Assembly: GCA_040954595.2 (NCBI GenBank)
Contig: CM082587.2
Coordinates: 1,827,000 to 1,890,999 of the forward strand
DNA: 64,000 nucleotides
DNA from: Balanoglossus misakiensis
Taxonomy: Eukaryota > Animalia > Hemichordata
Direction of reading: 5' to 3'
Below the pieces are notes generated by a model. The model had not been told where the DNA came from. It did not search any database and saw only the letters and a program-made list of their open reading frames with translations. The position numbers and the translations under genes are program-made. Shown piece by piece: positions 14,401 through 29,400 of the stretch (the stretch's first letter is position 1; every line of letters begins with the position of its first letter).

Positions 14401-17400
14401 AAGCAGGAAAAGGAAATCAAACTCAAGGAAAGAGCTAAAAGAGAATATTGGGAGGAGAAAAGGCTGAAACAAAAGTGACGTAGGGCACTGGAGGAGAGAG
14501 GGATTAGCAGATAACAAACGAACAAATCACTGCTGCTGGTCGTATCCCGGGGAAACAGAATCGGTGATCTTTGAGAGGCCGCTATCTGAGCGTTAATCTG
14601 TGTTCAGTTCAATCAGGCTTGTAAAGTATAGTCAAGTCATGACTGCTGTGACAGAGTCTGATAGCAATCTGTGGCAAATTGGATAACCTGACATGACAGT
14701 ATCACGGTCCCTATCATTGAAATACACGCTCATTTATTTTTCATCCCAGGGATTGCTCACATAAAAAAAAAGAAAAGAAAGCAAGCAAGCTCACCCTGGA
14801 TGGGATTGTATGTCGGAGAAAGATTATGTGGCAGTGAAACTTTATGGCTCGAGTCTTTGACTTGCAATTGCCCAAGTACTCAATTCCCCGATTAACCGAC
14901 TTCTTAAATACATGTCTTTGATCATCTTCTATTTGAGGTATACAATAAAACCTTATACTGCAAAATGCTAGGGTAGTTTGCAAATATCGACCTCAAAAAG
15001 CCCCTGTAGCTGAATCAAATATGCATTGTTTTGATGGTTAAAGTTTACACCTAAAACTGCCTGCACTACTATGCTTGTGTAGCTAGCAGTGAACTGTGTT
15101 ATAAAACTCCAGAGTGTGTGAGTACCATTTCTTCCCTGAAATTTCTCGGAAGATAGTGGCTGTTTTGCATAATGCTATAGTATACTCTTTAAAAACAGTC
15201 CTCCAGCTTGTTTGTAGTTGTAACAGTTATGACCACTGTAGTACTGTTTAACTTGATGGACTTTTAAGCAATAGCTGTGTGGAGATTTTTAAATGGGGGA
15301 GTTGAAAATGTGGTGGTGAAATTTTTCAGTGTGTTTAACTTCCAAAGCATATTCCAATTTGAGAAAATTCATGACACAAAATGAGTACACACCGCAATGA
15401 TCAGTGTGGAAGTTTTCTCGAAAATAGATCTTCCCAGAAATCTGTGCATAATACTCATCAATCATCATTAAAAAAATATAATCTTGTTAATTCTCTGATC
15501 CAGGGATAAAGTAGAGTTGTAGAGAAACACAATTTTTCATTGGCGTGGCTTCTTCAAGGAGCTGGTGGATTAAAAATTCTGCAAGCATGGTAGGTACCCA
15601 GGGATTGATTTACAGAACAAGTAATATAGTATAGTGGGAGACTAAGTGAGAGGAATGGCAATTGTACACTGAATTCAAGTAGAACTCTACAATATCTCCT
15701 AGGTTTATTCCCGCAAAATCAAAATTTGTGAACTGTGTCTCATTCAATCCATTCGTTTCCATACTCCCAATGACAAGTTAGATGCATTTTGTGTTTGCGG
15801 CATGATAAATCGCATCGCAGTGCAAAATTAACCACTTTCTCCCGTTGAATGTGGGGATTATGGCTTCGTATCGCCAAGATTAATGATCTGTGAGTGCTAT
15901 ATTGTTGAATTTTCAGATTTACCAGTGTCATGATTGCAGAGTAGTTCAGAGTCGGCGGAAATTTGCAACCTTGTGATTTGACGAGCGGAGTCGCAATCTG
16001 GCACTGGATGGCGGCCATCCTGATTTAAAGATTAAAAATGCGTGAGCTGACCCCCCTACTGTTTGAAATTCACCTCACTGCCAGATTACAGATCATACGT
16101 CCCCAAGGGGGAGACTTACAGGATGTTGAAGATGTTTTTCCTCTGTATAGATGACTTTTTTTGTTTCTGTAAATAATTAAAACCGTGTTCAGAGAGTCAC
16201 AAGCACTTTGATACAAAGGTGTAATGCATGTTAAGATTGAACTCGCCGTGTGTCATGAGCTGTGCAGTTTATCCCCAATATCGCTTTAATCTAACCGACC
16301 AAATTATGCTTAAGGAATTTGAAACGGTGAATGTCAGTCGTAGTTTGGACATTTCTGATTTGTTGAGCCAGATCATGTGATGACGGCGCTGGTCAAAGCA
16401 CAGTTAGAAGTTGAATTTGCCGTATGTTTTCTATATTCATATCTCATTTACATGGTGGTCATATCATCAAATGGCCCAGCTTATTTTGCTAAAAAGATGC
16501 AGAGTCACGCAGTGAAATCTCGTGAAGTAAAAAAATGCAGTCGGATGGGCTATGAAAAAGCAGCTTGTACTGTACACCATTATAACCAAGACGAGTCTAT
16601 TTACACTCAAAAAATGTTGTTTTATCACCAAAATTTGCATTTATGACCTTTAAACCACAATAGCTATGATAATGCACATGGTGTCATTATTTTTGATTGA
16701 GTAGCTAACATTTCAGAATCTCACACCTCAGTGCAAATGTATCAGTAAAGATCTTCCCATTTAACTCCCAAGTGCAGATGCTTTCTGGAGAATTATTGAT
16801 TCGTTAATTGAGACTAGAAGCATGTTAATGGTTCCGAAGACGCATTTCCTGCCCATAATGCCAGAACCAGACAATCTCCCTTTAAAAGGTTCAATACTTA
16901 ACAGAGGGATGTTCAATTCAAGTTTTGCCAAATCCCTATGCTCTCTTGACAGCTTTTCCATGAAGTATGCAGATAATTGTTCATTTAGTAATCAAGATAT
17001 GACGATAAAAAAAGACAAACATCAGGTTTCTCAATATTGGTCATTGAAGAAAAAAGATATTGATGCCAAATAGTGATTATCTCATTCTAGAAATTTGAAG
17101 CCATTTCTTACGAGTCCATTATGCGTGTCTTTAAGTGAAAATGAAGTCAATAATATAGATTTCAGGAATGTATATCCCACATTTGTATGCAGACAGGTTT
17201 TTTGTACGAGATTGCAAAAAAATTTCATATTTCTTCATTGTGTGCAGAAAGGTTTAATTTCTCATGTACAGAGAACAAATTGACGTTCACTTTACTACTA
17301 TTAGTATATTTATCCCAAACTGTATTAATAATGGCCAGTATTGATTCATATTAGGTTGTGTTCTTTGTAAATGTTTGTCTCTAAAATTATATATTCAGTC

Positions 17401-20400
17401 TTCTTATAATTCATAGGAAGATTGGCAAGACTTGTATTTTCTTAGTTATGTAACCATATTGTCAAATGAAAATGCATAAAATAATGTGTGGATTGCTAAA
17501 GAATTTTAGCAGAGGAGCAACCAGAGATAGCAGCTAGGATTCAAAACGTCAAAGTCAGTGTTTGACCTCATTTTTTCCAAATTAAGAGAAAATCACACTA
17601 TATCCTTGTGAGAAACTGCAAATGTCAATTTCCATTTTTTCCACATGACTGATTGCAGCATCTTGGCACATCATTCCAAGGCTTTCCTCTCGTCACGTCC
17701 CGAATTTATCACACCTAACTGATTGGGATATTAGTGGAAAACCCCTCCAGAAAAAAGAAGGTACATTTTTGTTTCTGTAAAAAGTGAGAAATCTTAACCA
17801 GTGACATTTTGAAATTGGCACCAAATGGGGTTTTTCACTGAGATCTACAAATTAAGGCTTTTTTTTGGGGGGGGGGGGGGAATGAAAGAACGTAAATTGA
17901 AGCATTTTGAAGTAGTCCCTAGGAGCTCTGAACATTCAGTAAATGGTCAAGAACAACTTCTTCTCATTGATTTACACAAAGGACAAAATGAATGGCAGTA
18001 AACATTCATTATGGTGTTCTGTAGTCTAGTTTTTTGGGAACAAATTGATCAGGATAAGCCTCTTCTTCGTCTGACAAAGAAAGCTGAGATTCAGTCATTA
18101 ATCAATGTGAAAACTTGGCTTAACTATCTTGACAATCAGAAAGGAGCAATGCAAGATTAACTTGTTTCTTTCCATCTCTGCCTTAAAAGCTTGTTCCAGA
18201 TTCATGCAAGTTGCTCGGGGGGCCTTCTTACTTGATATCTCTGGGTCGTGTCACGGTGCATGGTTTTCCTGGGCTCTGATAATAAAAAAAACACAGAAAA
18301 ATGCCTTTAATGATGCAATGGGTGGAATTTTATGTTCATATAATGGTTGACTGGCTTAGAGTTTGATTGTGAAATTCCAATGCACAATGCTGCAGTGATT
18401 CAGATTGTTGTATATGTTCAAATAACTTACGGCGAAAATTATTGAAATTTACAGCTATTTTTTCATCTAGTTTGCATCATTTTGTGCATTCATATTTTTC
18501 ATTTGTACGCCAAGATCAGGTATGCATTACTGTACATAGAATACTTGCATAAAACCCTCTGTAAATCCCCCAAGTCATACTCTTAGCAAAGAACTATTGT
18601 TCAAAACATTAGTATACACACTCCTGTAATTCCAATGGAATATTAATTTGCATGCATGCATTTTGTGGTTTCCTGTCATCGTGTTGGAAGGACAATTACA
18701 GGGATAACTGACAGAGAAACTTCCATCAGTCTTTACTAATTGAATCATTGTATTGATTTTTTTTAATTTGACAATTATCATTGAAAGAGGGTACGTGTAC
18801 ATCAGGAGGAGTACAAGTAGGGTAGATTCTAGCTCTGCATCGCCGGGCGGGGCTATGTGTCTTCCGGCTTCACCATCCGCACAACAGCCGTAAGTCACAC
18901 AACCCTGCCACACATACAGAGCTAGGTAAAGATCAAAGGCCATTATTGGCATAGATGTACAGTCTAATCTCAGGGCTGTATTAATACATTCAATAAAGTA
19001 GCAAATGGCCAAGGAAGGCTATCCATTTGCCTTGACTGATAACTGTACACAAGCAATCCCCCATAACCCGAAGCTGGTAAACTGACCCAATATGTATACA
19101 GGTGTCCCCTGGAGCAGTTGCTCTGTTCACAAAAGTGTCTGTACAAATAAAGGTAGTTTCCTATCAAAACAGAACAGAATCCAGAGTATATAGCTATTGG
19201 CAAGTACTGGTATGGCCCTGTACTAACTGTGTACGAATTTGGTGCAGTGCTGTATTTTCAGTGACTGATACAATTCAAAAGCTTTGCCATAAAATGAATA
19301 CCATACAGGAATGATATTTGAATGGTGAACTTTAACTACTTATTCTCACTCTTGGCATAGAGGGCGTTGTTTGGAAGAAAATGCTGCAAAGAAATTAAAA
19401 AAAATCCTATAACATTTGGATAGGCAGACTGCATTGCCAAGTGTAAGATTCTGTATTTTGAAAGTCTTGTCAACCATTGGGATGACAAAATCTGATGCGT
19501 TTATCTTGCCGTAATTTGATTTATGGCATCCCACAGAGAAAAAAATGACTTGAACGAATTGGATATAAACAAACCTCAAATGGGTTCATGTCAGCTTTCT
19601 AAGAACTTGAATTTTAGAACTTGTTCTTTTCTTATTTCAGGTCAGTGAGGTCATGGTAGGCTGGTTGTTTGACCTTATGCATGTCCAATTTAATTATGGT
19701 ACATGAAGATTATGCTATCCATAGTACAGTTTCAAATTACAAGTGCAGTGTGATGTGCTGTACTCTTGTAGTTTCTGAAGAGGAAGAAAACTGTGTGTAT
19801 ACGACGTATGTGTGAGTGTCTGTGTGTGTGAGGGGAGGGAGATGTTAATTATCTGGTGAAAATTTTGCCAAGGTAGACACAGTGTCATACTGCTTGTATG
19901 GTTGTATGTACCAGTAAGCATATATTTTTCAATTGATGAAATTGCATCTTAGAGATGTTACCCCTCATAAGCTTGATCCATTTCTGTCGGTTATTTACGT
20001 TTTACATTTAAATGTATGATGGATTGCCCGGAACAACTGAAATGTAATCACTTTTGAGCTTCTGGAGGAACAGAAAGGCAAGATTTCTATCAGATAGCTT
20101 CACATGTGATTTTTGCCGAAAATTTAATCAAAATTCAGCAGAACGGTGCGGCCGGCCAGAGGAAAGTGGTTAACAGTGAGCCTGCTGCGCTATTTGTGCA
20201 AGAATGAGACTGACATGCTCTGATGTATTCCTAGTGCCACACAACACAGTGCTTCTCTATCTACTTACATGTAATTATTCGTCGAATGAAGGGAAGTGCC
20301 CTGGGCTATCACCCCCCCTAAAATTGATCCAATTTGGGTGGAGGGATTAACCTTAGAGGGGAGTGTGACACAATACTGTCTGCCCCTTGGTCTCACCAGC

Positions 20401-23400
20401 TCATTTACATATACATTCGCAGCGGTCTTCTCAAAATGATGTTTACAACAAAAAACTGTGAGTTCAGAGTCCTTCCTGATGCAAGGCGTATTCGATTTCA
20501 AGTTACTAGTCTATGAATCTTGGAAAAACAAGTGTTCACTGCCGACTGAGCTCTCGTTCTCGTTTTCTTATATAACGACAAAGCACAAGTTGCTAAATTG
20601 CTGTCGTCTAGATTTTGCGTATGAAGTTGATTTTTTAAAATAAAAATTTACCCCAGATGAATTTTTTGAAAAGAGAAAATGTAACAAGATCGTAGCAACG
20701 GCATTACCAGAAACGTCACTCTATATGAGTGGCTTCTCAGTGGATTGTATTTTTCTACCGGGGAACTTTTTGTCCCCTTTTTGGAGAGCTTCTCCCATGA
20801 GGATAAGGACTGTCCCTGTAGGCACACTTGATACAGAAGCAAATGAATAGAGCCATCAGGCATATTTGCTTACGAAAATGGAGAATTACCATATAACCCA
20901 GTCTAGTTTTTAGTACCACTTTAAATTGCCTCTTAGACGTCGCTCCTCAATGGCAGCAACTCTGAGTGACTGCTCTGCCTTTGATGGGTTTTTATATCTG
21001 GATATTTTTTTATCCCAAACTAATGTAAGTCAGATGTGCTCAAGTAAATTATGCTTTAGGAGAAAATCTTGAACGTCACAGTTGTTTGATATGTATAATT
21101 TTGATTTGCTCACTGGGAATGAATTTAAATCAGGTCGTCTTAAGAGAGCAAAATCTGGTCATTAACAGTCTGCCTTGGAGAAAGTGCAGCAGTCCACTTG
21201 GGAATGATCCGTTGTCTTCAGAAAGTCTTGTCAATGTGTAAATGTGCTAAAGGCTAGTTTACACTTTTCATGCGGGAGAGTCTATATCATAAAGAAGTGT
21301 CATCAAATTTTCATGGAGTACTGCCGTAATCCTTTCAATAATCAAAATCCTGATTGGTTAGATGCATCTGAGAGAAAACAAAAGTTGCCGCACAGCTTTC
21401 CTGTGAGATTGGCGGTTCTCCCGAGAGACTCGAAACAACCGTCAGGTCTGTCAATAAAGCAGGTAACAAAATTGCATCAACCTTGACTGCTTGATGTGTA
21501 AAATACTGCACCCTCGGCAAATATGTGAATCGAGGCACAAACCACAGGTACATGGTCTATCCCAATGAAAATTTTTATGGCCAGGTCCAATTGCAATATT
21601 GTAAGATGTAATTCTACAAGTAACTATGTTTTATTCTCTGTGGTTGGTTTCCAATTATTGTGAATCGGATTCAGAGTTGACAGGATTAACAGGTTTTAAG
21701 AGAGTTGAGTTGAGCCGTAAAATGTCTTGGTGAATATTGGACTGAGACTAACGATAATATAAACTGATTCACTTGCTTGGTGCTGTTTAGTTGACCACCT
21801 TTCCAATTTCCACCATCAATATGATGAATATATTTAAGGATTTCTTGAATGCAGTGTTCCTATTCAAGTCAGAGTTGTGATTGGATGAAATTTTACGGAT
21901 TAAGTTTAACATAGGATCTACTGGTTCTTCTATATTTCAGCTAAGGAGCTAAAGGAGAACATATACTGCAATGATCAGACTGCAGTGAATTGCTTGAATG
22001 GTGATCGCGCCTCGCCGTGTAAGCAACACGCGACTGTGGATCAGACAAAATACTACTACTGCATTCATGTACTACTGCTAGTAGTAGCCCAGTGGGCTTA
22101 TAATGTCACCTTAAGTCAAATTACAATGCACAGTACATATATTGCTACATAGAAGCCTTCTTCCAGTCTTACAAACAGTGATTCACATGATTATTATATT
22201 TTTTTAAACATTTGCTTGGGGAGTATCACAGTATGACAATATGCGACACCTCAGTGTCTGTGCTAAATGACGCTGAACTGATCTGAAAGCACCATCACAT
22301 CCTTGCTCCATCTGTTTCCAGTTCCATTTACTTATTAGTCATCGTAGAAGCACAGCAAACGCTAAGTATTCACGCACACTATCCATGCTGATGTATTTCC
22401 CCCTAAATTACAATGTCATGCACATAGCTTCCATGGCTCATCAACCAAATCTGATAATTATGATCACTTTTTTCTTCTGGATAAAAGAATACAGTGTCTC
22501 ATATGAGGAATAATTAGTCGCCAGCTTCTACTTTGAAATCAGAATTACTCACTACTATATGACCGTCCTTTTCTTGTGTAAAATATGAAACTTCATAAAT
22601 CTTCCCGTTTCACATTTTTCAGCTCAGATATCATCAGTGCGATATTACTTTGCTGTAGATGGGAAATGTAATGTTATCTTTAGAAATTAAGAGTGCACAT
22701 GTACGCCGTGTGTCTCATAAATCATATCCAGTGGCAATAAATTTCGCATCAAATGGCCTTATACGATTACGAATTGTCTGCTCTCAAATGGCATTTTGAG
22801 TTTTTGTATAACATTTCCTCACCACAGGGTGCATGGTTTTTATGATATTTGTTTTCAGGTGGACAATAGTAATATGTGCTGGCGGTGTTATTTATGATAT
22901 CAGAAATATATTGTAGAGAGTCTGTTTTATTGAGGACGTAGAAACATGTGATGGTAGTACCGACCCCATCACTGCCAGTGGGGGAGCGCCCTCGTATGGC
23001 AGATGTATGTACATGTATGTACGTGTGTGTTTAAAATTCTTGACACACTGTGAGTGATAGTACTAGCAAATTCTATCAGAGAAGAATTACATGTAGACAG
23101 CATATCATAATTGGGAAATACGCAGATAGGACTGGAATAACAGTGTCTACAGACACGAACGTCTGATAAAGGTGTATCTCATAAAAATGCCAGTGTTAGT
23201 TGCTCAGTTGAACTCACTGTACTTTCAGACAAAAATTAAATTTGTTTCCTCATTGTGAGGCTTAGCTATCAGTATTGCAAGTTACATTAGTTCGCATTTT
23301 ATAAGGGTGAGATAACGAATACAAAAAGATGTCCTTCTCAAGCTGGCACCCGAATTTGCCCTAGGGAGGAATATTCAACGGAAATGGTTAGAGCATTGGG

Positions 23401-26400
23401 AGACACCTGTAAAATGAATCACAGCTATCGTTATTAGTTTCCTTGAGAGTTTTACAAAAGAGTTATGGCATTCGTACGTGTTCTGTGTTTTAAAATATTG
23501 CCAACGTTGTGAATTTTGCCTTCGATACGTGTCCTGTTTGTGCTACTTTTGTACAACATAATGTATGAAATATAGGCCTGCATTCCAGAACATATACTTG
23601 GCATACATTCTGTATAAATACATGGCTGTGTACCAACACACTGCATATACCTGGGAACTAGAAATTCACGCATGCTTTAAAATAAACTCCAGTAGCAGAT
23701 CCCAGGGGACCGCTAACCTGGAATAAAACCTGATGATCCAAGACATTCTTGGTTCAGCGGGAAAAATCTCTGACATTCCGAGTGAAGCATTGGTTTCAAG
23801 TAATGAAATTGTCATCAGTCAGCCTTGAAATGCGAAGAGCGGCAAAGACCGATAAGAATGTTGCCAAGCATAACGTCGTCAATTTTTATTTTGCAATGTG
23901 ATATTTCATATCTGAGGAAAGTATCTTTAATCAATCATTGAAAAGTGTTGAATTACCACAATGTACGGTACAATTGGCAGACAATTGGGCATTCTAGATG
24001 TAAAAAAATGTTTCCTTTAAGGTGTTATTGGCCCTGTTGTAGGTGGTGATTTTGAGCCTTTGATAATTCAGGGAAATATTTCAAATGGGTGGGAGGAGAT
24101 GAAAGTCGACCCCTGCAGAGAAAAATCAACATTAATGAAAGCTTTTCACATTCATGGCCAACCGTCAAGGACATAGGTCACCGTCACTCATCTCAGGAAC
24201 CCCAGGGTATATACACAAACATGTACTTGATGATTTGTCTAATTGTTAGTGATTTATATGCATGTTCTCTTGGTGTTTCCATTTTCTGCCTTTGCCTCGG
24301 GAGAGGATCTCAACCGAGTGCATATAATCATGATAATGCACAGCCTTGGTAGCTTGCTCCAGAAGACAATTAAAATGTTATGCTGTATGTGCTTTTCTAT
24401 CACACTCAGTACAGCTCATCGTGTTCATCAAATACTGAAAATTAGCAATCACGTAGTTTAATTAGGATACAGCGGGACTGCGAAAAAAACATGGAGTGTA
24501 TCGTTATTAATAATAAAAGATTTACAACCAGCCAACTGCATAATAGATCCGTACAAACAAACCCTGTGATATTTATACTGTCAGAGATGGAAATTATTTA
24601 TTAATAATGTAATTTGGTATCTTTGCTGTTTTCGTATCAATGAATGATCGATTGTGTCAAATCTCTTCAGGCACGAGTCTGTCACCATTACGACGTCGTC
24701 ATTTATTCGGCGCTGTAAGCTACACAAGCTCTCATGTCCCCACTGGAGTTCAATAAATTATTTTACCTGCCCTGGATTATAATATACGCTTGTGCAACTC
24801 TAATAAAATCTGGTGAACTGATAAAATGTTACAGCTTTGACGACAGTGGCAGAGACAGTTCATTTTCAGATCGAGAGCATTAAACTTTCAGAAACAAACT
24901 CCTGTCACTTCTTTTCATTGGGTTTATTCTATTTCTATATAGGAATTAATGTTGTTGTTTGGAAATATAGATTTTGATTTGTTGGAAACAAATAGTCTCA
25001 GCATTCTGTATTTTTCCTAAATTGAGGTGTGGCATCCGATAAGAAGTTTACAGTGTCATGTTGTTTGGACTACATTCCATACACTGAGCATTACAAAAAT
25101 GATTGTTCCTCCCTGGCCAGTATTTGTTCTTGTTTTGTTGTACCTTTGCCTGCACTGATTACCAGGCGTAGGGGTCACACACAGCATTCCACTGGTCCCA
25201 TCAAATGTCCAGTTTTAACTATCTTGTCTTGGTGACGGTGATAACAGAATTTGATGAATTGGAGTCAAAGTGTGAAATGATGCTAACGTGGAACAAATCG
25301 AGATATCATGTGATGATAATTTGTTGTGGTGGGGCTAAAAATACCTGTAACTGGCACAGAAGTATACCCCTCCCTTTTGGCTTGCTGCGGACAATAAACA
25401 TTGAATCACAGCGGCAAGATGAAATTTTGGATGTTCCTGCTGGTGGGAGTTGCTGTTTTCATCTCAACAGGTGAGTTTATTACCTACATGTATCTTTGAG
25501 TGAGATTCGACTGTAACATATGTGCATAATCAGAATACAGAACAGTCTTGGACATTAGCCAAGTGCACATCTAAAGTCCAGTCCGCAAACAGTGAAGGAA
25601 ACTGTGGTCAGACCAAAACACAAATGTCACCAGGCTTTCAGTAAAGAGTAACACTCGCCATGCTTATATTTGTGTGGATTCCTTTCAGTGGTCGGTCAGC
25701 ATGTTAAGCAAGAAGAGGTCTTCTGTGATGAAGATCTTGTACCTGCTGAGCTTCACGTGTGGCTAGGTAAATATTTGACACCGACATTTCTGTTACACGA
25801 TAATTCCCAGGAATCAAATGCTATAGTGTGTACACATTTAGCTTTCACTGTGTGAATCTCCAGATGAAACCACAGTGCAATATTATTACATTCTCAAGTG
25901 GAACAGATTTTGTTAATAAGAGTATACTGCATCCATGAGCACAGGCAGATACTTGCAGGGTGTATGATTAATACATTTTCTGCCTCTCCAGTTTGTGAAT
26001 ACAAATTGGTCTGTCGGGCTAAAATCTCTGCCAGAACTGTTCTGATTTTCTCCTTCTCTCCACTTCCCTGAGAGAACATCAGGTGTGCTGTTTTCATCAA
26101 ATCTTTTGGAGGTCAAGTTTCCCAAGATAAATAGCACAGCATGGCAACAAAGAGCACCTCTGATTGAATTTTTATGTACTTTATATTTTTCAGCTTCCCT
26201 AAAAAAATTCTGTACTTTTTTCTTTTATTATTTTTGTCACAGATGATGTTCCAGGATGTGAAGCAAATTCCTCGTATTGTGACCTTTTTGGTCTCGACTA
26301 TGTCTGCAGTAAAGACATTGAATCACCATCAAGCGTCTGTGCCAATGGCACTCAGGTTTTGTGTCAGGCCAAGGCGCCAGTTCCACTTAAAGATCCCCTG

Positions 26401-29400
26401 CCTGCCAATACTTTGAAAGTCATGGCCTACAATGTACTGGAATTGAATTACGCTTACTGGATGCAGGGCCAACGAGAGCGTACGTGTCGCATACCGTATC
26501 AAGTCTTTGAAGAGTTTGGGGATCTCGATGTCATCTTGTTCCAAGAGGTGTTCATGGATGGTTGTTTTCCAGAGAACATTTCACTCCATGATCTCCTCTA
26601 TATGCATGGTTTCAACTACAACACGACGACAGTCGGAAAGCCAGCTCAGGAGAGCGAAATTCTCCGACTAGAGCACGGTGGCATCTTCATCTCATCTCGG
26701 TGGCCCATTGTCAGACAGGATGAATACACATTTCTATCGGTCGATCGATCTGACACAGATATTTTTGCCTCCAAAGGTATTGGCTTTGCAGCCATCGACA
26801 AAACTGTAGACGGCATCACAAGGCGGTATAACCTCTTCGCTACGCACATGCAGTCCCGCGATGGTCGCACGCGAGAGCAGGTGCGTATCGTCCAATCAGT
26901 GGAGTTCCAACTCTTTCTCAACAAGTTGGAAATTCCCACGAATGAACCAGTGATATATGGTGGCGATTTCAACGCAGACTACTTGAACGACGATGGACCG
27001 GAGCATGTAGGCAACGTTCTTCAAGCGATGAAAGCTGCTGAGCCGAACATCGTGGGATCACTCCTAACCACCTACGACAGGGCCAATAACACTGTACTGG
27101 GGGTTAACCCCAATGGCAGGCTGTCATGGCTTGACTACATCGTGTACGTCAAGCCATACTTCAATCCGACCACCTCCACCCTTCAGTCATTCAAACTGTT
27201 AGCCAGCAGTAAATTTGGTTACTGTGCGAGAGGATCGGCAACCGTCCCGGCTTACACCTACCCTAACTCTCCAGATTGCAAGAGTACTTCAGAGGCACTT
27301 GATCTCTCTGACCACTACCCGGTTGTAGCAATCATGGAATTTCCTCTGGAAGCACCAGTTAGCACAGCCCAGCGTACTGCGTCCGTGGCAACCGTTTCCA
27401 TCATCTCCACCATCCTGATATCTTGTATGCAGTTATGGTCATCATTGTAATTCATATTCTACAAGACGTTTTCTCATAATGACCACAATGCCAGATTCGA
27501 TGATAGTCTTCGACCTGATCCCGTGTTTGAAGCGGAGTTCATGGAATGCGAATTATTCCATAATTTCCCATCAATTTGTAGTCATCTAACATGTAATTTC
27601 CAAATATTAAAAGGGTCAGATCAATGAACCCAAACCATGTTTGTGACACCATTTATACTGGAGTCTACACTTTTTTTCAGCTTTTGACATTTATGGTTGG
27701 GTAATGTGCAGTTTCAAAAGTAAAATAAGATGACTTTCCACATTGTGTTACAAGGAACATTCTCAAGTCTCAGTCTTGCTGCGAAGTGAGGGGATAAAAG
27801 AGTAGCCGTATTTTAAGCCCAGAGTTGGTTGATCAAAGGTAAATACAGCAAAGACCCAGCAATCCAGTTATTTTCATCAGCTGTGAGTGACGAATGCCAT
27901 TCTGATCATATCTTGATCTTTGGAGATTGGCTTTGTCCCAGGGTTTGAAGTCTTTTAATAGGTTACCATGTGTATGTGTGAGCGGCATTGCAGATGAGGT
28001 CAGTCAGTCAGTCAGTCAGTTCAGCGTTCAAAGGTACCACGGAAAAAATTTGTGTTCGAAATGATTTCATTTATATGTACATTTGCAGTGCCATTCTTGC
28101 ACTGAAAATACTGCAAAAGCTAAGTTATGCAATTAGACTTTATATCAGTCACCGTGCAACAAATCAAACATGGTCGCAACAATCTCAGCATACACATCGT
28201 ATATAACAGTCTTTCCAATTGGTCACTGATGTTCCAGCGTGAAACAATAAGACTGTATCAACCAATCAGATGTTCACTGTCATAAGTCCACAGACAATCC
28301 TTGTAAAGTGCATCAAATGGCATGTTCGAATCAGCAGTTTTGCTCAGTTTTAAGAGAGGCAATTTTTGACACATCACAACAACCAAGAGTTATGGAGGAC
28401 ATTAAACAGTTTATTGTTGCTGAAAATTTTAAGATGTTGATCGAACAGCTCGCCATGGTAACTGCACTGTCGTAAAAAAGTGATTAATTTCAGGTTTGTG
28501 CTGAACGACAATTATGGATGGACTGTTGAGGACACCTTGTCCTAATGTTAAACGCAGTGTAGCATTTCTGAGCTGTGTGTTACAGATTTTCTATGAACTA
28601 AAAGCTTGTGCAGTTTACCAAGGGCGGGCGTTGTCTTTGGTAATATCAGGTGAATGGCCCGGCAGTTCTGAACCCGGGTGAAATCCATCACAAGTGAAAA
28701 TCAATTTCCGGCTTCAAGAGAAAGAATGAGTTTACATCACAATTTTTTTTTCTTGGCTATCATCTAACTAGCGATTATTCCAAAAGTCTTCAAGACATGT
28801 AATTCGGCTTTTCTGCAACATCAATCAATTAGTATTGATTTTTCAGTTAAAAATATGAATTTAGGATACCATCTGTTTGGATTCCCAGGAGGAAAAATGA
28901 CAGAAGTATTCCGATATTCTCACAAATTTCCCCCACCACCACCCGAGGCATTATTTTGTAAAACTGCAGTAACCTGGTACATCTGTGCATTTGAACACAC
29001 AGCCAAGCCAAGACGCTATACACACTGCAGGTAGTTGCACTCTCAGTGAAATAATTCCTTGATTGCCTCGACACCGTAGTTCGGCAGTCTCTTAAGTGCT
29101 GACCTTTGACATCGTGCAAAATGGAACTTTGCTAAACAGGGATAGGGTTACTCTCCCTAGAGGATGGAGGTCATTTGGGGTCACTGCACAGGGAATACTG
29201 TGTCATAATTAGACTCTGCTTCTACACCAACGAGTCTTGTTTGTCAGAACACACTTTTTCTTTCACAATTATTTTGCGGCAGTTTTCCATATGTATACCT
29301 TGTAAACCCTGAAATGGATTAGCTAATAATTGCTTTCACTGGTTATGATATATGCGTGTGTGTGTGTTTTAATATTTTAATGCCTACAGTACTGCTACAT

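Noticed and set aside
14385-14478. Coiled-coil-looking frame EKQEKEIKLKERAKREYWEEKRLKQK
   Set aside because: Bounded by stops with no start codon or acceptor; explained by a purine-rich tract.
15916-16020. Acceptor followed by IYQCHDCR (zinc-finger-like) and a GGATGGC-G-GCCATCC palindrome
   Set aside because: The frame stops after 19 codons without His ligands; the 7-bp-arm palindrome is too short to be significant alone.
24671-24714. Possible 44-nt exon (CAG|...|GTAAGC) upstream of the sphingomyelinase-like gene
   Set aside because: Not frame-preserving for HS2ST1 and no support that it joins the nested gene; could be a UTR exon or chance.
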